Assembly (NCBI GenBank): GCA_032128875.1
Contig: JAVLKG010000001.1
Location: 608,001 to 672,000 of the forward strand
Origin: Candidatus Melainabacteria bacterium 17Bon1m
GTDB taxonomy: Bacteria > Cyanobacteriota > Vampirovibrionia > Obscuribacterales > Obscuribacteraceae
Direction: 5' to 3'
Length of the DNA stretch: 64,000 nucleotides
Below the pieces are notes generated by a model, which was not told where the DNA came from, searched no databases, and saw nothing but the letters and a program-made list of their open reading frames with translations. Below are positions 9,383 through 19,789 of this stretch, one piece after another (the stretch's first letter is position 1; each line of letters opens with the position of its first letter). A program made the position numbers and the translations under genes.

Positions 9383-12300
9383 ATGTGGATCGTAAAGCTG
9401 GCGCTTCGGCGACCTTATACATTTGTAGTTGTTTCCCTGCTTATTTCTATACTGGGAATTGTCAGCATCACTCGGATGCCGACGGATATTTTTCCGACCA
9501 TAAACATTCCGGTCGTCAGTGTCATCTGGAGTTATAACGGACTGCCCGCTGAGGAGATGGAGAATCGCATCACGACCATTTGTGAGCGAGCGATCACAAC
9601 AGTCACGAGTGACATCGAACACATTGAGTCATCGTCACTAGACGGCATATCCGTAATCAAGGTCTATTTGCAGCAAGGCGCAGATGTCGGCAGAGGCGTC
9701 GGAACCATCGCCTCCCTTTGCCAAACTCTTTTGCGTATCTATCCGCAAGGGACGACACCACCACTTATAACTTCCTTCAGCGCATCGGATGTTCCTGTCC
9801 TTCAGCTCGGCGTCGGCAGCAAGACTCTGTCCGAACAAGAGCTTTTCGACTATGGAATGAACTTCATCCGGACCGGATTATCCGGCGTTGAGGGTGCCTC
9901 GATTCCGTTGCCTTATGGCGGTAAAAGCAGGCAGGTGATGGTCGACCTTGACCCTGAGGCTTTGCAGTCCAAAGGTCTGTCAGCGACCGACGTGTCTGTG
10001 GCGCTGGCAGCGCAAAACGTCATTTTGCCGAGCGGAAAAGCAAAGATTGGTTCGCAGCAAATAGCCGTTCAATTGAATAGTACGCCCGAGACCATCGAGG
10101 CTTTCAATAACTTACCAATCAAGCAGATTAATGGCTCAACGGTTTATTTGCGCGATGTCGCGCACGTGCGGGACGGCTTTGCTGTGCAGACCAATATTGT
10201 CCATCAAAACGGACGCCGCTCTACATTATTGAATGTGCTGCGCAATGGTAGTGCCTCCACCATCGCTGTCGTCGAGCGTGTTCGTAAGGCATTGCCTCAG
10301 GTTCTTGCAACTGTTCCTAAGGAAATCGATGTGCAACTGCTGGCGGACCAGTCGGTTTTTGTCAAAGGAGCTATTAGTGGAGTGGTCCGCGAAGCAGCAA
10401 TTGCCGCTGGTCTAACCGCGCTTTTAATTTTGGTTTTGCTCGGCAGTTGGCGCAGTACAGTTGTGGTCGCTATCTCCATTCCGCTTTCGATACTCGCTGC
10501 CATTTCGTGCATGTTCGCAATGCACCAGACTCTCAACATCATGACGCTGGGTGGCCTGGCGCTCGCTGTCGGTATGTTGGTGGACGATGCGACTGTGGAG
10601 GTTGAGAACATCCACCGCAACCTCTCGCTCGGCAAGCCGATTGTCACTGCCATTCTCGACGGGGCTCAGCAGATTGCGACCCCGGCTTTTGTTTCAACGC
10701 TGGCAATTTGTATTGTATTCGTGCCTGTCATTTTGCTTTCCGAGCCTGCTCGATCTCTATTCGTTCCGCTGGGAATGGCTGTTGTTTTTTCCATGATGTT
10801 CTCTTACTTCCTCTCCCGCACCTTGGTACCCGTCATGTGCCTGTACCTGCTGAAAGGGCATGAGAGCGAAGCGGACAGCCAGACTGTCGGTGTTTTCGCA
10901 GCAGTTCATTTGTTCGTCATTTCGATTTTTGATGGCGTGCGCGATAAGTATGCGCAAGTATTGCGATATTTCATCGCGCATAAAGGCCTTACTGCGACAT
11001 TCTTTGCTTGCTTCTTCGGTCTCTCGGCGATGTTGATTCCATTTCTCGGCATGGACTATTTCCCGCAAGTGGATGCTGGACAAATGCGCATGCACTTGCG
11101 CGCGCCAACTGGTACGAGGTTGGAGGAGACCGAACGTCTCTTTCTGCGGATTGAAGAGGAGATAAAAGCGCTTTTGGCGCCGGGCGACCTCGAATCGATT
11201 CTCGACAATATCGGTCTGCCTGCCAGTGGTATCAGTCTTGCGTATGGTGACAACATTACGACCAGTGAATTTGATGGAGAAATTTTGATTTCACTGCACG
11301 AACACCACAAGGTCTCAACCTTTGAATATTCGAAGAAGATACGCGAGATGTTGCGCAAGAAATTCCCGCAAGTCACCTGCTTCTTCCAGCCTGCAGACAT
11401 TGTCAGTCAAATATTGAATGCTGGTTTGCCTGCACCAATCGACATTCAAGTGACGGGACGCAATAAGAAAGCAAACTATCTGATTGCTCAAAAACTTCGC
11501 GATAAAGTCGCCGCTGTTCGTGGTGCAACCGACGTGACTCTGCAGCAGATTACAAACGCGCCCCAAATGCGTTTGACGGTGGATAGAACCAAAGCGAGCC
11601 AGCTTGGTTTGTCACAAAGAGATATTGCATCGTCCTTGCTCATCAGTTTGAGTTCTAGCTTTCAAACCGCACCAGGCTTTTGGGTGAATCCCGAAAATGG
11701 TGTCAACTATCCGGTTGCTGTGCAAACTCCTGAACATCGAATGGGTGGATTGGACGAAATCATGCAGACGCCGATCACTGGTCCTGCTGCTTCGAAGCCT
11801 CAACTGATGCAAAACCTTGCCACTGCCAATCGCGGAATGACCGCAACCGTTGTGAATCATTACAAGATTCAGCCTGTGTATGACGTCTTCGCAAATGTAC
11901 AAGGTCGCGACCTCGGCGGCGTGATGGCCGACGTTGAGAAAATCGTCGCCGGTGTAAAGAAAGACCTTCCTCGTGGCAGCACTTGCATAATTCGTGGTCA
12001 AGCTCAGAGTATGACGTCAGCGTTTGTAGGGTTGGCTAGCGGATTGGTTTTTGCGCTATTGCTGGTTTATCTTCTGCTTGTCGTCAACTTCCAATCTTGG
12101 ACAGATCCGTTGATTATTTTGATGGCACTTCCAGGCGCCGCGTCCGGCATTTTGTGGGCATTATTTGCCACTCAGACGACGTTTAGCGTGCCGGCACTGA
12201 TGGGCGCAATCGTGTCTATTGGCGTAGCGTCGGCGAATAGTATCTTGTTGATTACATTTGCTAACGATCAAATCAAAGATGGCTCGACAGCAGAAGAAGC

Positions 12301-12571
12301 TGCGTTAAACGCTGGATTTACGAGATTCCGTCCAGTAATTATGACCGCTGCTGCCATGATAATCGGTATGTTGCCGATGGCTCTGGGATTCGGCGAAGGC
12401 GGTGCTCAGAACGCGCCCCTCGGTCGAGCTGTAATAGGTGGTTTGAGTGTAGCGACCTTCGCCACTCTGCTTTTCGTTCCGTGTGTTTTTGCACTGGTGC
12501 GTAAGAAAACAAAAGCATTTTCGGTCAATCAAGAAGTAGAAATGTTAGTAGGAGGTTACTCCAATGATTGA
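9383..12571 (+). CDS. RND efflux permease (AcrB/CusA superfamily)
   Basis: 1062 aa; LALAVGMLVDDATVEVENI, RFRPVIMT, two blocks of TM helices. Confidence 0.96.
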   Translation: MWIVKLALRRPYTFVVVSLLISILGIVSITRMPTDIFPTINIPVVSVIWSYNGLPAEEMENRITTICERAITTVTSDIEHIESSSLDGISVIKVYLQQGADVGRGVGTIASLCQTLLRIYPQGTTPPLITSFSASDVPVLQLGVGSKTLSEQELFDYGMNFIRTGLSGVEGASIPLPYGGKSRQVMVDLDPEALQSKGLSATDVSVALAAQNVILPSGKAKIGSQQIAVQLNSTPETIEAFNNLPIKQINGSTVYLRDVAHVRDGFAVQTNIVHQNGRRSTLLNVLRNGSASTIAVVERVRKALPQVLATVPKEIDVQLLADQSVFVKGAISGVVREAAIAAGLTALLILVLLGSWRSTVVVAISIPLSILAAISCMFAMHQTLNIMTLGGLALAVGMLVDDATVEVENIHRNLSLGKPIVTAILDGAQQIATPAFVSTLAICIVFVPVILLSEPARSLFVPLGMAVVFSMMFSYFLSRTLVPVMCLYLLKGHESEADSQTVGVFAAVHLFVISIFDGVRDKYAQVLRYFIAHKGLTATFFACFFGLSAMLIPFLGMDYFPQVDAGQMRMHLRAPTGTRLEETERLFLRIEEEIKALLAPGDLESILDNIGLPASGISLAYGDNITTSEFDGEILISLHEHHKVSTFEYSKKIREMLRKKFPQVTCFFQPADIVSQILNAGLPAPIDIQVTGRNKKANYLIAQKLRDKVAAVRGATDVTLQQITNAPQMRLTVDRTKASQLGLSQRDIASSLLISLSSSFQTAPGFWVNPENGVNYPVAVQTPEHRMGGLDEIMQTPITGPAASKPQLMQNLATANRGMTATVVNHYKIQPVYDVFANVQGRDLGGVMADVEKIVAGVKKDLPRGSTCIIRGQAQSMTSAFVGLASGLVFALLLVYLLLVVNFQSWTDPLIILMALPGAASGILWALFATQTTFSVPALMGAIVSIGVASANSILLITFANDQIKDGSTAEEAALNAGFTRFRPVIMTAAAMIIGMLPMALGFGEGGAQNAPLGRAVIGGLSVATFATLLFVPCVFALVRKKTKAFSVNQEVEMLVGGYSND

Positions 12572-14024
12572 GCCTTCGAGCGGTTGTGCAACTAGAGAGC
12601 AAGATATTAAGGGGACTGAAATGGTCCGAGAAGAAATGCAACATCAAAAGGACCAGAAAGATTCATTTACTATGCACGAACGCTCTGATGCCAATAGAGT
12701 AAGCGGCCGTCCGCCCCTCGCCGTGATTGCTCTGTTGGTTGCGACCTTTGTTGCTTTTGCAGGCATCTTCGCTTACGGCATGTTTGCGCGTGCTGCTCGC
12801 GAGAAAGAGTCCGATGCCATGGAGCAGATAAAGATTGCGACGCCATCATATACGGTGTCGCCAGTAAAAATTGCCGCGAAAACGGTTGAGCTTAAACTGC
12901 CGGCAAATATTCAAGCGATTCAAGAATTCAGTATTTACTCTCGCTGTGACGGTTATCTGAAACGCCGCTTAGTTGATATTGGCGATCACGTGAGAAAAGG
13001 ACAATTGCTGGTTGAGATAGATGCCCCTGAGTTGGAGAAACAGCTCAAGCGTGAGGTTGCTGATTACAAGCAAGCAGAAGCTCAGGTGAAGAGCGCGGAA
13101 GCTGATCTTGCGCAAGCGATGTCGATGGTTCAAAACAACAAGGCGGCGGTAAAACGTCTGGAAGCGCAAATCAATTTTTCTGCTCTTGAAGTTCAGCGCT
13201 ACAAAGATTTGGAACGCCAGGGAGCGGTCAGCAGCGAACAGCGCGATGAGAAAGTCAGAGACGTAAGCACTGACAGAGCATCACTCGAAGCTGCTCAAGC
13301 TGCGGTTGCAGCCGCTAAGGCGCAAGCTGCTGCGTATCGCGAGAAGATAGCAGCAGCTAGAGCAAATGTCGATGCGGCGAATGCGAGTGTGGAAGAATTA
13401 GAAACCACCACAGCATTTCAAAAAGTTCTTGCTCCTTGTGACGGTGTAATCACTGCTCGTAATGTTGACGCTGGTGCCCTCGTTTCGAAAGGGAGCAGCA
13501 CCAATAATCAGGAATTGTTGAAGATGGCGCGCACGGACATGTTGCGCGTTTTTGTTTATATACCGCAGACGGATTATCAGGGTGTGACAGTTGGAATGCC
13601 CGCGAAAGTCACGGTGGCGGAATTGCCGAATCAAGCCTTCGATGCGCGTATCACGCATATATCTGGCGGTCTAGATCCTACTTCTCGCACCCTGCTTGCA
13701 GAGATTCAAATTCCCAATACGAATCGAAAGCTCATGCCGGGTATGTTCGCACAAGTAAGCATGATTGCACAACGGCAACATCCGCCGGTAATTGCGCCTG
13801 ATTCTGCGATTGTTGTAAAACCAGAAGGACAATTTGTCGTTGTTTATGACAATGGTTCGGTTCATTATCAAAAGGTGACCTTAGGCAGAGACTTCGGCAA
13901 GCAGAGCGAAGTAACCGGTGGGCTCCAGCCTGGCGATCAAGTACTATTGCAGCCAACCACAGACCTAACAGAAGGGCAAAAAATCAATCCTGATTTTGTT
14001 CAGGCCGGTCCAGCTAAGTCGTGA
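12564..14024 (+). CDS. RND periplasmic adaptor (membrane fusion protein)
   Basis: N-terminal TM helix, lipoyl half-motifs (VDIGDHVRKGQLL; APCDGVIT), long hairpin, LMPGMFA. Overlaps the permease stop. Confidence 0.95.
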   Translation: MIEPSSGCATREQDIKGTEMVREEMQHQKDQKDSFTMHERSDANRVSGRPPLAVIALLVATFVAFAGIFAYGMFARAAREKESDAMEQIKIATPSYTVSPVKIAAKTVELKLPANIQAIQEFSIYSRCDGYLKRRLVDIGDHVRKGQLLVEIDAPELEKQLKREVADYKQAEAQVKSAEADLAQAMSMVQNNKAAVKRLEAQINFSALEVQRYKDLERQGAVSSEQRDEKVRDVSTDRASLEAAQAAVAAAKAQAAAYREKIAAARANVDAANASVEELETTTAFQKVLAPCDGVITARNVDAGALVSKGSSTNNQELLKMARTDMLRVFVYIPQTDYQGVTVGMPAKVTVAELPNQAFDARITHISGGLDPTSRTLLAEIQIPNTNRKLMPGMFAQVSMIAQRQHPPVIAPDSAIVVKPEGQFVVVYDNGSVHYQKVTLGRDFGKQSEVTGGLQPGDQVLLQPTTDLTEGQKINPDFVQAGPAKS

Positions 14025-14054
14025 TTCGACTTGTTTTGTAAATCAGAAGTGGAA

Positions 14055-16604
14055 TTATTTCGCACTGCGTGGCTGAGAGCACGGAACAGCTAAGACAGGA
14101 TCGCCACCAGTCCATGTCTTGTTGTAGAGACTTGGTGTTTGCACAGCCCCTCTGTCGCTGAGCACTTCAGCGCTAACTGACGAGCGCAGCTTGTTAAATG
14201 CTTCGGTGAGTGTCGTGTCTTTGCCTTTGCATTGCAATGCTTCGATCAATTTTCTCGTGAAGATGCTATTCGGGTAATTTTTCGATTCCCATGAAACTTG
14301 ATCTGCCAGGCTGGAGCACAGCACTACTTGCCCGCTTCCAATGTTCAGTCCGCCTGCATCCATTTTTACGCGCTGCAAACCTTTTGCTGCACCGTCGGTG
14401 GTGATGGCGTCTTCGTCTTCATCAGCATCTGATTTTTTCGAGTCTTCGCCCGCAGAACCACTGTGGCAAACATCAAGAATAACAACAACGCGTTTGCTAT
14501 GAACTTGCTCTTGAACTATTTTTGTCAGCCATTGCATCGGAATGCCGGTCGATACCAATTTGAATTTATCGGTGTCGTGGGCAACTAAGAAGTTGACGCC
14601 CACATCTTCTAGCGAAGCACTTCCGTGGCTTGACACGAAAATAACTACCAAGTCGTCCGGTTGCGCTCGTTTGCCTAGCCATCCTTGTCCTAGTTTTGAT
14701 GCAATTTCTTCTTTTGATGCATTGCCATCGGTAAGAAGCTTTACGTGATCTGACTTAAAGTTGCCTTGGGTGACCAGAAAGTTTGCGAAGTCCGTCGCAT
14801 CTTTTGCAGCGTACTTCAGGTTGATTGATTGATCTTTGAAGTTACTGATTCCCACGACCAGTGCCCATTTGTCAGCGACTTTCTTGTCCTGTGCGGAGCT
14901 TGCAAGGGCAGCTGCAGTATAGCTTTGTGCATCCGTTGCGCCTGGCAACGATGCGGTAATTTCTCTCGATTGTTTAAGAAGCGGACCTGCGAGATCCATT
15001 TTCTTCTGCTTCGTATATAGGTCAGCTAGTGCTTCAAGATCTCTGGCAGCCTGTGGACTCTTTTCGCCAAACAGTTTTTGATCGGCGGTCAAAATGCGCT
15101 TGAGTAGCGGCTCTGCTTCGTCGTACTTCTGTTGAACAGTCAACAACTCACTCAAATCTCTAACGATATTGATTGCTTGCAAACTGTCCGGACCCAATGT
15201 TTTTTCTACAAGTTGAAGTGAACTTCTAAACATAGGATCGGCTTTTGCATAGTCTTTTTGCGACAGATAGATTTCTGCCAAACTGCGGGTTGTAAGCGCG
15301 ATATCCGGGTGTTCGGCTCCGAGTTTTTCCTTGCTGATTTTCAAAGCTTTGTTCAACGTTGTTTCTGCTTCAGCAAATTTACGTTCATCAGCAAGAATCG
15401 TTCCCAGCTCAACAAGATCGTGCGCAACTGCCGGATGATCCGCTGTCACCAGTTTTTCATCTAACTCCAATGCTTTTCTTGCGAGCTCCTCAGCTTCGCT
15501 GTAGCGTCCCTGATATCTCGCAATGGACGCTTGAGTAATCCAGCACTTCGAGATTTCTACGTTGTTTTGTCCAAGCGAAGCTTCGATGATTTTGATCGCT
15601 TGTCTGCAGAGTTGTTCTGCTTTTGCATAACGTCCTTCGTCACGATAAAGCAATGCTAGGTCGAGCAGAGCCTTTCCGTAGTCCGGATGCTCTTTGGTGA
15701 GAGCCGCTTCTCGAATTTTGCGAACCTGCTGAAAAGTTTTTCTCGCCTCTTCGTATCGTCCTTGCTTTCTATACAAGTCGCCTAACGGTTCCAAGATAAT
15801 TGCGATGTGTTCATGTTCGAATCCAATCAACGATTGCAGACCAAGTAGTGTCGCTTTGTACAGCGCTTCGGCTTCTTTGTACTTTCCTTTCTCGTTGAGA
15901 ATTTGGGCCAGGTTAAATGCGGTGTACGCGTACAACCAATTTTGCTTGGATGCCGGTGTGCTGAAAAGAGCCAGAGTCCTATCATTGACAGTTTTCGCTT
16001 CGCTTAGCTTGCCCCATTTCAGATACAGTCGCGTCAAACCATTCAGAGGCAGCGCTAGGTTGTAATTGTTTGGGCCAACTTTCTTTGTTCCGATTGCAAT
16101 CGAACGATTGAGAATTTGTTCGCACTCTTGAAAGCGACTTTGGTCTAAATAAAGAACAGACAAATCGCTCATCATTGTGGGGACGAGATCGCTTGCTCTT
16201 TTTTTGCCGGCTTTGTATTTCTTGTTGAGGTGTTTTTTGTCTGATTCTTCAGCTTCGGCGATTGCGCTCTTGAAAAGAGTCTCTGCGTCATTGTATCGGC
16301 CGATTGAGCGATAGGACTCCGCCAACCCAAGGCTAATCTGGGCAGCCTGGTAATCAGATTTTTCGCTGGATTGCTGAGCCTTTTCAAAGAGCTGAATAGC
16401 ATCTTTGTAACGCCCGTGCTGGTAGTTGTTTTGCGCGTTGACGATCAAACTTTCAAGTTTGAAGGGTGCTTCAATTGCCTCCGCGCCGCTGCGTGGGTCG
16501 CGCGCAACAGGCGCTGCGGCGGGTGACTCAGTCGCCTGTACCGATTCGAACATAAGCCCGAAATAGAGTCCAAATAGAATAGTTAGAAGGCGTTTTGATG
16601 ACAT
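14055..16604 (-). CDS. Exported TPR-repeat protein with C-terminal caspase-like (C14) domain
   Basis: Signal-like N-terminus; many TPRs (LG.EHP.A); KWALVVGIS, SSHG and DVCHSG His/Cys dyad. Confidence 0.9.
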   Translation of the reverse strand: MSSKRLLTILFGLYFGLMFESVQATESPAAAPVARDPRSGAEAIEAPFKLESLIVNAQNNYQHGRYKDAIQLFEKAQQSSEKSDYQAAQISLGLAESYRSIGRYNDAETLFKSAIAEAEESDKKHLNKKYKAGKKRASDLVPTMMSDLSVLYLDQSRFQECEQILNRSIAIGTKKVGPNNYNLALPLNGLTRLYLKWGKLSEAKTVNDRTLALFSTPASKQNWLYAYTAFNLAQILNEKGKYKEAEALYKATLLGLQSLIGFEHEHIAIILEPLGDLYRKQGRYEEARKTFQQVRKIREAALTKEHPDYGKALLDLALLYRDEGRYAKAEQLCRQAIKIIEASLGQNNVEISKCWITQASIARYQGRYSEAEELARKALELDEKLVTADHPAVAHDLVELGTILADERKFAEAETTLNKALKISKEKLGAEHPDIALTTRSLAEIYLSQKDYAKADPMFRSSLQLVEKTLGPDSLQAINIVRDLSELLTVQQKYDEAEPLLKRILTADQKLFGEKSPQAARDLEALADLYTKQKKMDLAGPLLKQSREITASLPGATDAQSYTAAALASSAQDKKVADKWALVVGISNFKDQSINLKYAAKDATDFANFLVTQGNFKSDHVKLLTDGNASKEEIASKLGQGWLGKRAQPDDLVVIFVSSHGSASLEDVGVNFLVAHDTDKFKLVSTGIPMQWLTKIVQEQVHSKRVVVILDVCHSGSAGEDSKKSDADEDEDAITTDGAAKGLQRVKMDAGGLNIGSGQVVLCSSLADQVSWESKNYPNSIFTRKLIEALQCKGKDTTLTEAFNKLRSSVSAEVLSDRGAVQTPSLYNKTWTGGDPVLAVPCSQPRSAK

Positions 16605-16801
16605 TGAATACCTTTCGCAAGCGAAAACGAACACTGGGTCAGGAAAGAGATTCTATCGCGAAACCAAGAAGAGAATATTTAATGTTTGAACCTCCTGGCA
16701 TCAAGCGCTGGTGCGGCTTTCGCAGTTGTGCCGCCCCGTTTTCAAAAGTGCATGTGGGTATGTAATATGTACGACCTGCAAACTGATCGAGGGGGAAGGG
16801 A

Positions 16802-17236
16802 ATGATTCGAGCACTTTTCAATGGCTTCGTTGGCGCGGTTGCGCTCACTACTGCTCATCAGGCCCTTCGCAGAGCGTTGCCGGATGCCCCGCAACTGGAC
16901 CGCATGGGCATGAAAGGTGTGGCAAAGGTCTGCAACGCAGTTGGCAGGAGACCGCCAACTGGTTCAGCGCTTTTCCTCTTTGCATTGTTGGGCGATATTT
17001 TGACCAATACCTTCTATTTCAGCCAGGTTGGCTCGAAGCCAGGACTGGGCAGTCTTGGAAAAGGACTTTCGCTGGGCTTGAGTGCCGGGCTCGGCGCAGC
17101 AGCCCTGCCTGTTGTTATGAGTCTAGACAGCGGCGCCAGAAGAAGAACAAGGCGCACCGGTGCTCTCACCGTAGGTCTTTTCTTGTGTGGTGGACTAGCA
17201 GCCGCTATGGCGGCTCAGTGCGCGCCGCGCAGATAA
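16802..17236 (+). CDS. Small membrane protein, about 4 TM, hypothetical
   Basis: RBS gggaagg; Gly/Ala-rich hydrophobic segments. Confidence 0.65.
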   Translation: MIRALFNGFVGAVALTTAHQALRRALPDAPQLDRMGMKGVAKVCNAVGRRPPTGSALFLFALLGDILTNTFYFSQVGSKPGLGSLGKGLSLGLSAGLGAAALPVVMSLDSGARRRTRRTGALTVGLFLCGGLAAAMAAQCAPRR

Positions 17237-17312
17237 ATACGTTAACCGAAAAGTGCTAAGTTGTATGGGGAGTGTCGACCCTGTCCAGCTCAACTTGAGG
17301 TGTTTCAATCAA

Positions 17313-18602
17313 ATGGCAGAGCCCGTCGGTTCTAAACCTCAGGTGTCAAAACCGACCGCGACCAATGTTGTCGACGGTGAATGTCAGGATTGCTTTCGTC
17401 CCGTAGCGGAAGAGGGCACTGTACAGAAAACTCAATGGTTTTCGCTCTGTCGCTGCGACCGCCCCTTCTCGCCTAGTTCTTCTTTTTCAATTGATATTTG
17501 TGCCGCTTGCAATAGGCGTATTGCCGCCAATGTTGCACCGGGACCGAAGCACGTTGATCTTTGCAGTTGCATGGTGCGCAAACCTGTAAAAGTTCCGATG
17601 CATCTCAAGCCTAACGAAAGTGATGCCATATCATTGGACCTTTCGACTGTTGGATTATCACCTGGCACTTTTCCTGCCGAGAGATACGCGCCTCTCGCAC
17701 TTTTAGGTTTTAGCAAACGAGCAACGACAGTTCTTGCAAGAGACAGACAGCGCGGGACAAAAGTTGCTGTGAAGTGTTTCAAGAAAATTCCGCCTGAATT
17801 GCAGGCGACTTTCCAAAGCGAAGTGAAGAAGAATCAGCAGCTCACTCATACAAATATTCTCAAAATTGCCGACTGTGGTGTACACAATGGAAAAGCACCG
17901 TATGTGGTGACAGACTATAAAGATGGCTTTAACGTAGAGCAGTGCGCGGCGCTTTATGGTTTTCCAAGTTTTGATGTTGCCGTCAAAGTCATGCTTGGAA
18001 TGTGCGAAACCTTATTGTATGCGCAGAAGCAAGGTGTTTCACACAAAGACATCAGACCCGGCAACATCATTTTCTTTGACGATATGAATTCAGATCCATC
18101 CGTCTTTGTGACTGATTTCGCTCTACCGAAAATCAAAGCAAGCGAGGGACTTGTCGATACGAGTGATGCAATTTGGATGTCCGGTGATGAAGCGCGTAAT
18201 ATGGAATACACAGAAAGGTCGGAAGTCTATTCGATAGGTGCTATTGGCTTTCTTCTTTTGACTGGCCGTCCTGCTTTTCGAGACGGCGACATGCAGGAAA
18301 TCAAAAATATGCATGCGCTCAAACTGCCTCCCAAAATCTCTGACTTGAACTTTGACAAGAGACGCCCCAAAGATCTCGAGGAGATTATTGTGAGGTGTTT
18401 AGAGAAAGATCCGCAATACCGTTTTGAAACCGTGGAAAAGCTAAAAGAGCGCCTGGAGGTTTTTCCTCGCAGAATCCAGATGCAAATCAATGCCGTCATT
18501 GCAGCGAGAAAGCGCAAGAAGATAATGCTGATCGCGTCTATCGCTGCCGCCGCAATTTCGGTCATTGGCGCAATTGGATTCTTTGTTCTTCGCGGTCATT
18601 AA
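17313..18602 (+). CDS. Divergent Ser/Thr kinase with Cys-rich N-terminus and C-terminal TM anchor
   Basis: VAVK, HKDIRPGN, DFA, WMSGDE, SEVYSIG; CxxC/CxC clusters; hydrophobic C-terminus. Confidence 0.82.
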   Translation: MAEPVGSKPQVSKPTATNVVDGECQDCFRPVAEEGTVQKTQWFSLCRCDRPFSPSSSFSIDICAACNRRIAANVAPGPKHVDLCSCMVRKPVKVPMHLKPNESDAISLDLSTVGLSPGTFPAERYAPLALLGFSKRATTVLARDRQRGTKVAVKCFKKIPPELQATFQSEVKKNQQLTHTNILKIADCGVHNGKAPYVVTDYKDGFNVEQCAALYGFPSFDVAVKVMLGMCETLLYAQKQGVSHKDIRPGNIIFFDDMNSDPSVFVTDFALPKIKASEGLVDTSDAIWMSGDEARNMEYTERSEVYSIGAIGFLLLTGRPAFRDGDMQEIKNMHALKLPPKISDLNFDKRRPKDLEEIIVRCLEKDPQYRFETVEKLKERLEVFPRRIQMQINAVIAARKRKKIMLIASIAAAAISVIGAIGFFVLRGH

Positions 18603-18613
18603 AGTTTGCACTC

Positions 18614-18967
18614 ATGAGCAATAGCGCTTCGATTGACATTGATGAGATTGTTGATAATGCCACTGATGCGCAGGCGCAAAAGAAAGTGCGCTGTAAGAGC
18701 TGCGAGCACGAGATAACAAGTCCGTCGCTGGCAATTCAACCGCACGAACATACTTTTCGTAATCCAGCCGGTTACTCATTTCACGTGCTCTGCTACAGCG
18801 ACGCACCCGGCGCCGCCAATGTTGGCGATGCGTCGACTGAGGCGAGCTGGTTTGCGAATTATGCATGGACTTTTGCAATCTGCGCTCAGTGCCACAATCA
18901 TCTAGGATGGTGGTACGAGGGAAAAGATCGTTTTGCCGGGCTCATCGCGACTCGTTTGATTCGCTAA
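18614..18967 (+). CDS. Cereblon-family (CULT, thalidomide-binding domain) protein
   Basis: CxxC...NPAG...SWFANYAW...CxxC.HLGW.Y, the zinc site plus aromatic cage pattern. Confidence 0.9.
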   Translation: MSNSASIDIDEIVDNATDAQAQKKVRCKSCEHEITSPSLAIQPHEHTFRNPAGYSFHVLCYSDAPGAANVGDASTEASWFANYAWTFAICAQCHNHLGWWYEGKDRFAGLIATRLIR

Positions 18968-19203
18968 TGATGGAAACCAATCCGCGCCTTTTTCTATGTT
19001 TTTAACTACACGAAAAATAGAAGATCTCGGTAGCCCCTTAGGGCGATGCACATCCGGAAAGTCATGTCTTTATTAGCTCGGCGGATTTTGGTTCAGTACA
19101 TTAAATTACAATTTTTCACACTTCATCCGTTACCGCGAGAAAAAGCGAAGGAAAGATTCCTATATGGGCCGAGCTGTAAAATTTTAGGAGACCGGAGGCT
19201 AGA

Positions 19204-19734
19204 TTGATGCGAGTCCGAAAAGTTGAGGTGCTGGCAGTGCCAGTGCTCGAATCGCATATTGAGGCAATGCGCCTTATTGCCGAACAGCGCATGATTTCAA
19301 TTGATAGATTAGCGTCAGAGATGATTGCTAAAGAAACACAACGGCAGCGTAAGCTGCTTGGTGGTGGCGCTGGGGTTGCAGCAGGCGATGCTGCAGGCGG
19401 GTCAAAACCTCTGAGTAAGCCGGCGAAGAAGCGAGCTGAGTCAGTCTCGGAAGAAGATATTCTCTTGCGAAACATCGGAAAGCAGATTAGGCTGCGCCGC
19501 CTTTTGATGGGAATGAGCCAAGCGGAGCTAAGCAAGAAAGCCGGTTTTAGCCGCGCATTCATTGTGGATGTTGAAAGCGGCAACAGAAGTATAGGCTTAG
19601 ACAACCTATACCACCTCGCGTCGATGCTGGATATTGAAGGCTCACACCTTGTTCATCTTGCAGAACAGATGTCTGTAGGCGCTGAAGCGAAGCACGAAGT
19701 AATCGATTGCGGAACTACAGATCCGCAAGAGTGA
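19204..19734 (+). CDS. XRE-family HTH regulator with possible N-terminal ribbon-helix-helix
   Basis: IGKQIRLRRLLMGMSQAELSKKAGFSRAFIVDVESGNR is a Cro/C1 HTH. Confidence 0.8.
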   Translation: MMRVRKVEVLAVPVLESHIEAMRLIAEQRMISIDRLASEMIAKETQRQRKLLGGGAGVAAGDAAGGSKPLSKPAKKRAESVSEEDILLRNIGKQIRLRRLLMGMSQAELSKKAGFSRAFIVDVESGNRSIGLDNLYHLASMLDIEGSHLVHLAEQMSVGAEAKHEVIDCGTTDPQE

Positions 19735-19789
19735 CCGATATACTCAGAGTCATTTAGCTGTTTAGCGGGCGTAACGAATTTAGGACCTG

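Noticed and set aside
16711-17259. 182-aa alternative-frame ORF
   Set aside because: It overlaps 16802-17236, which has an RBS and coherent TM segments.
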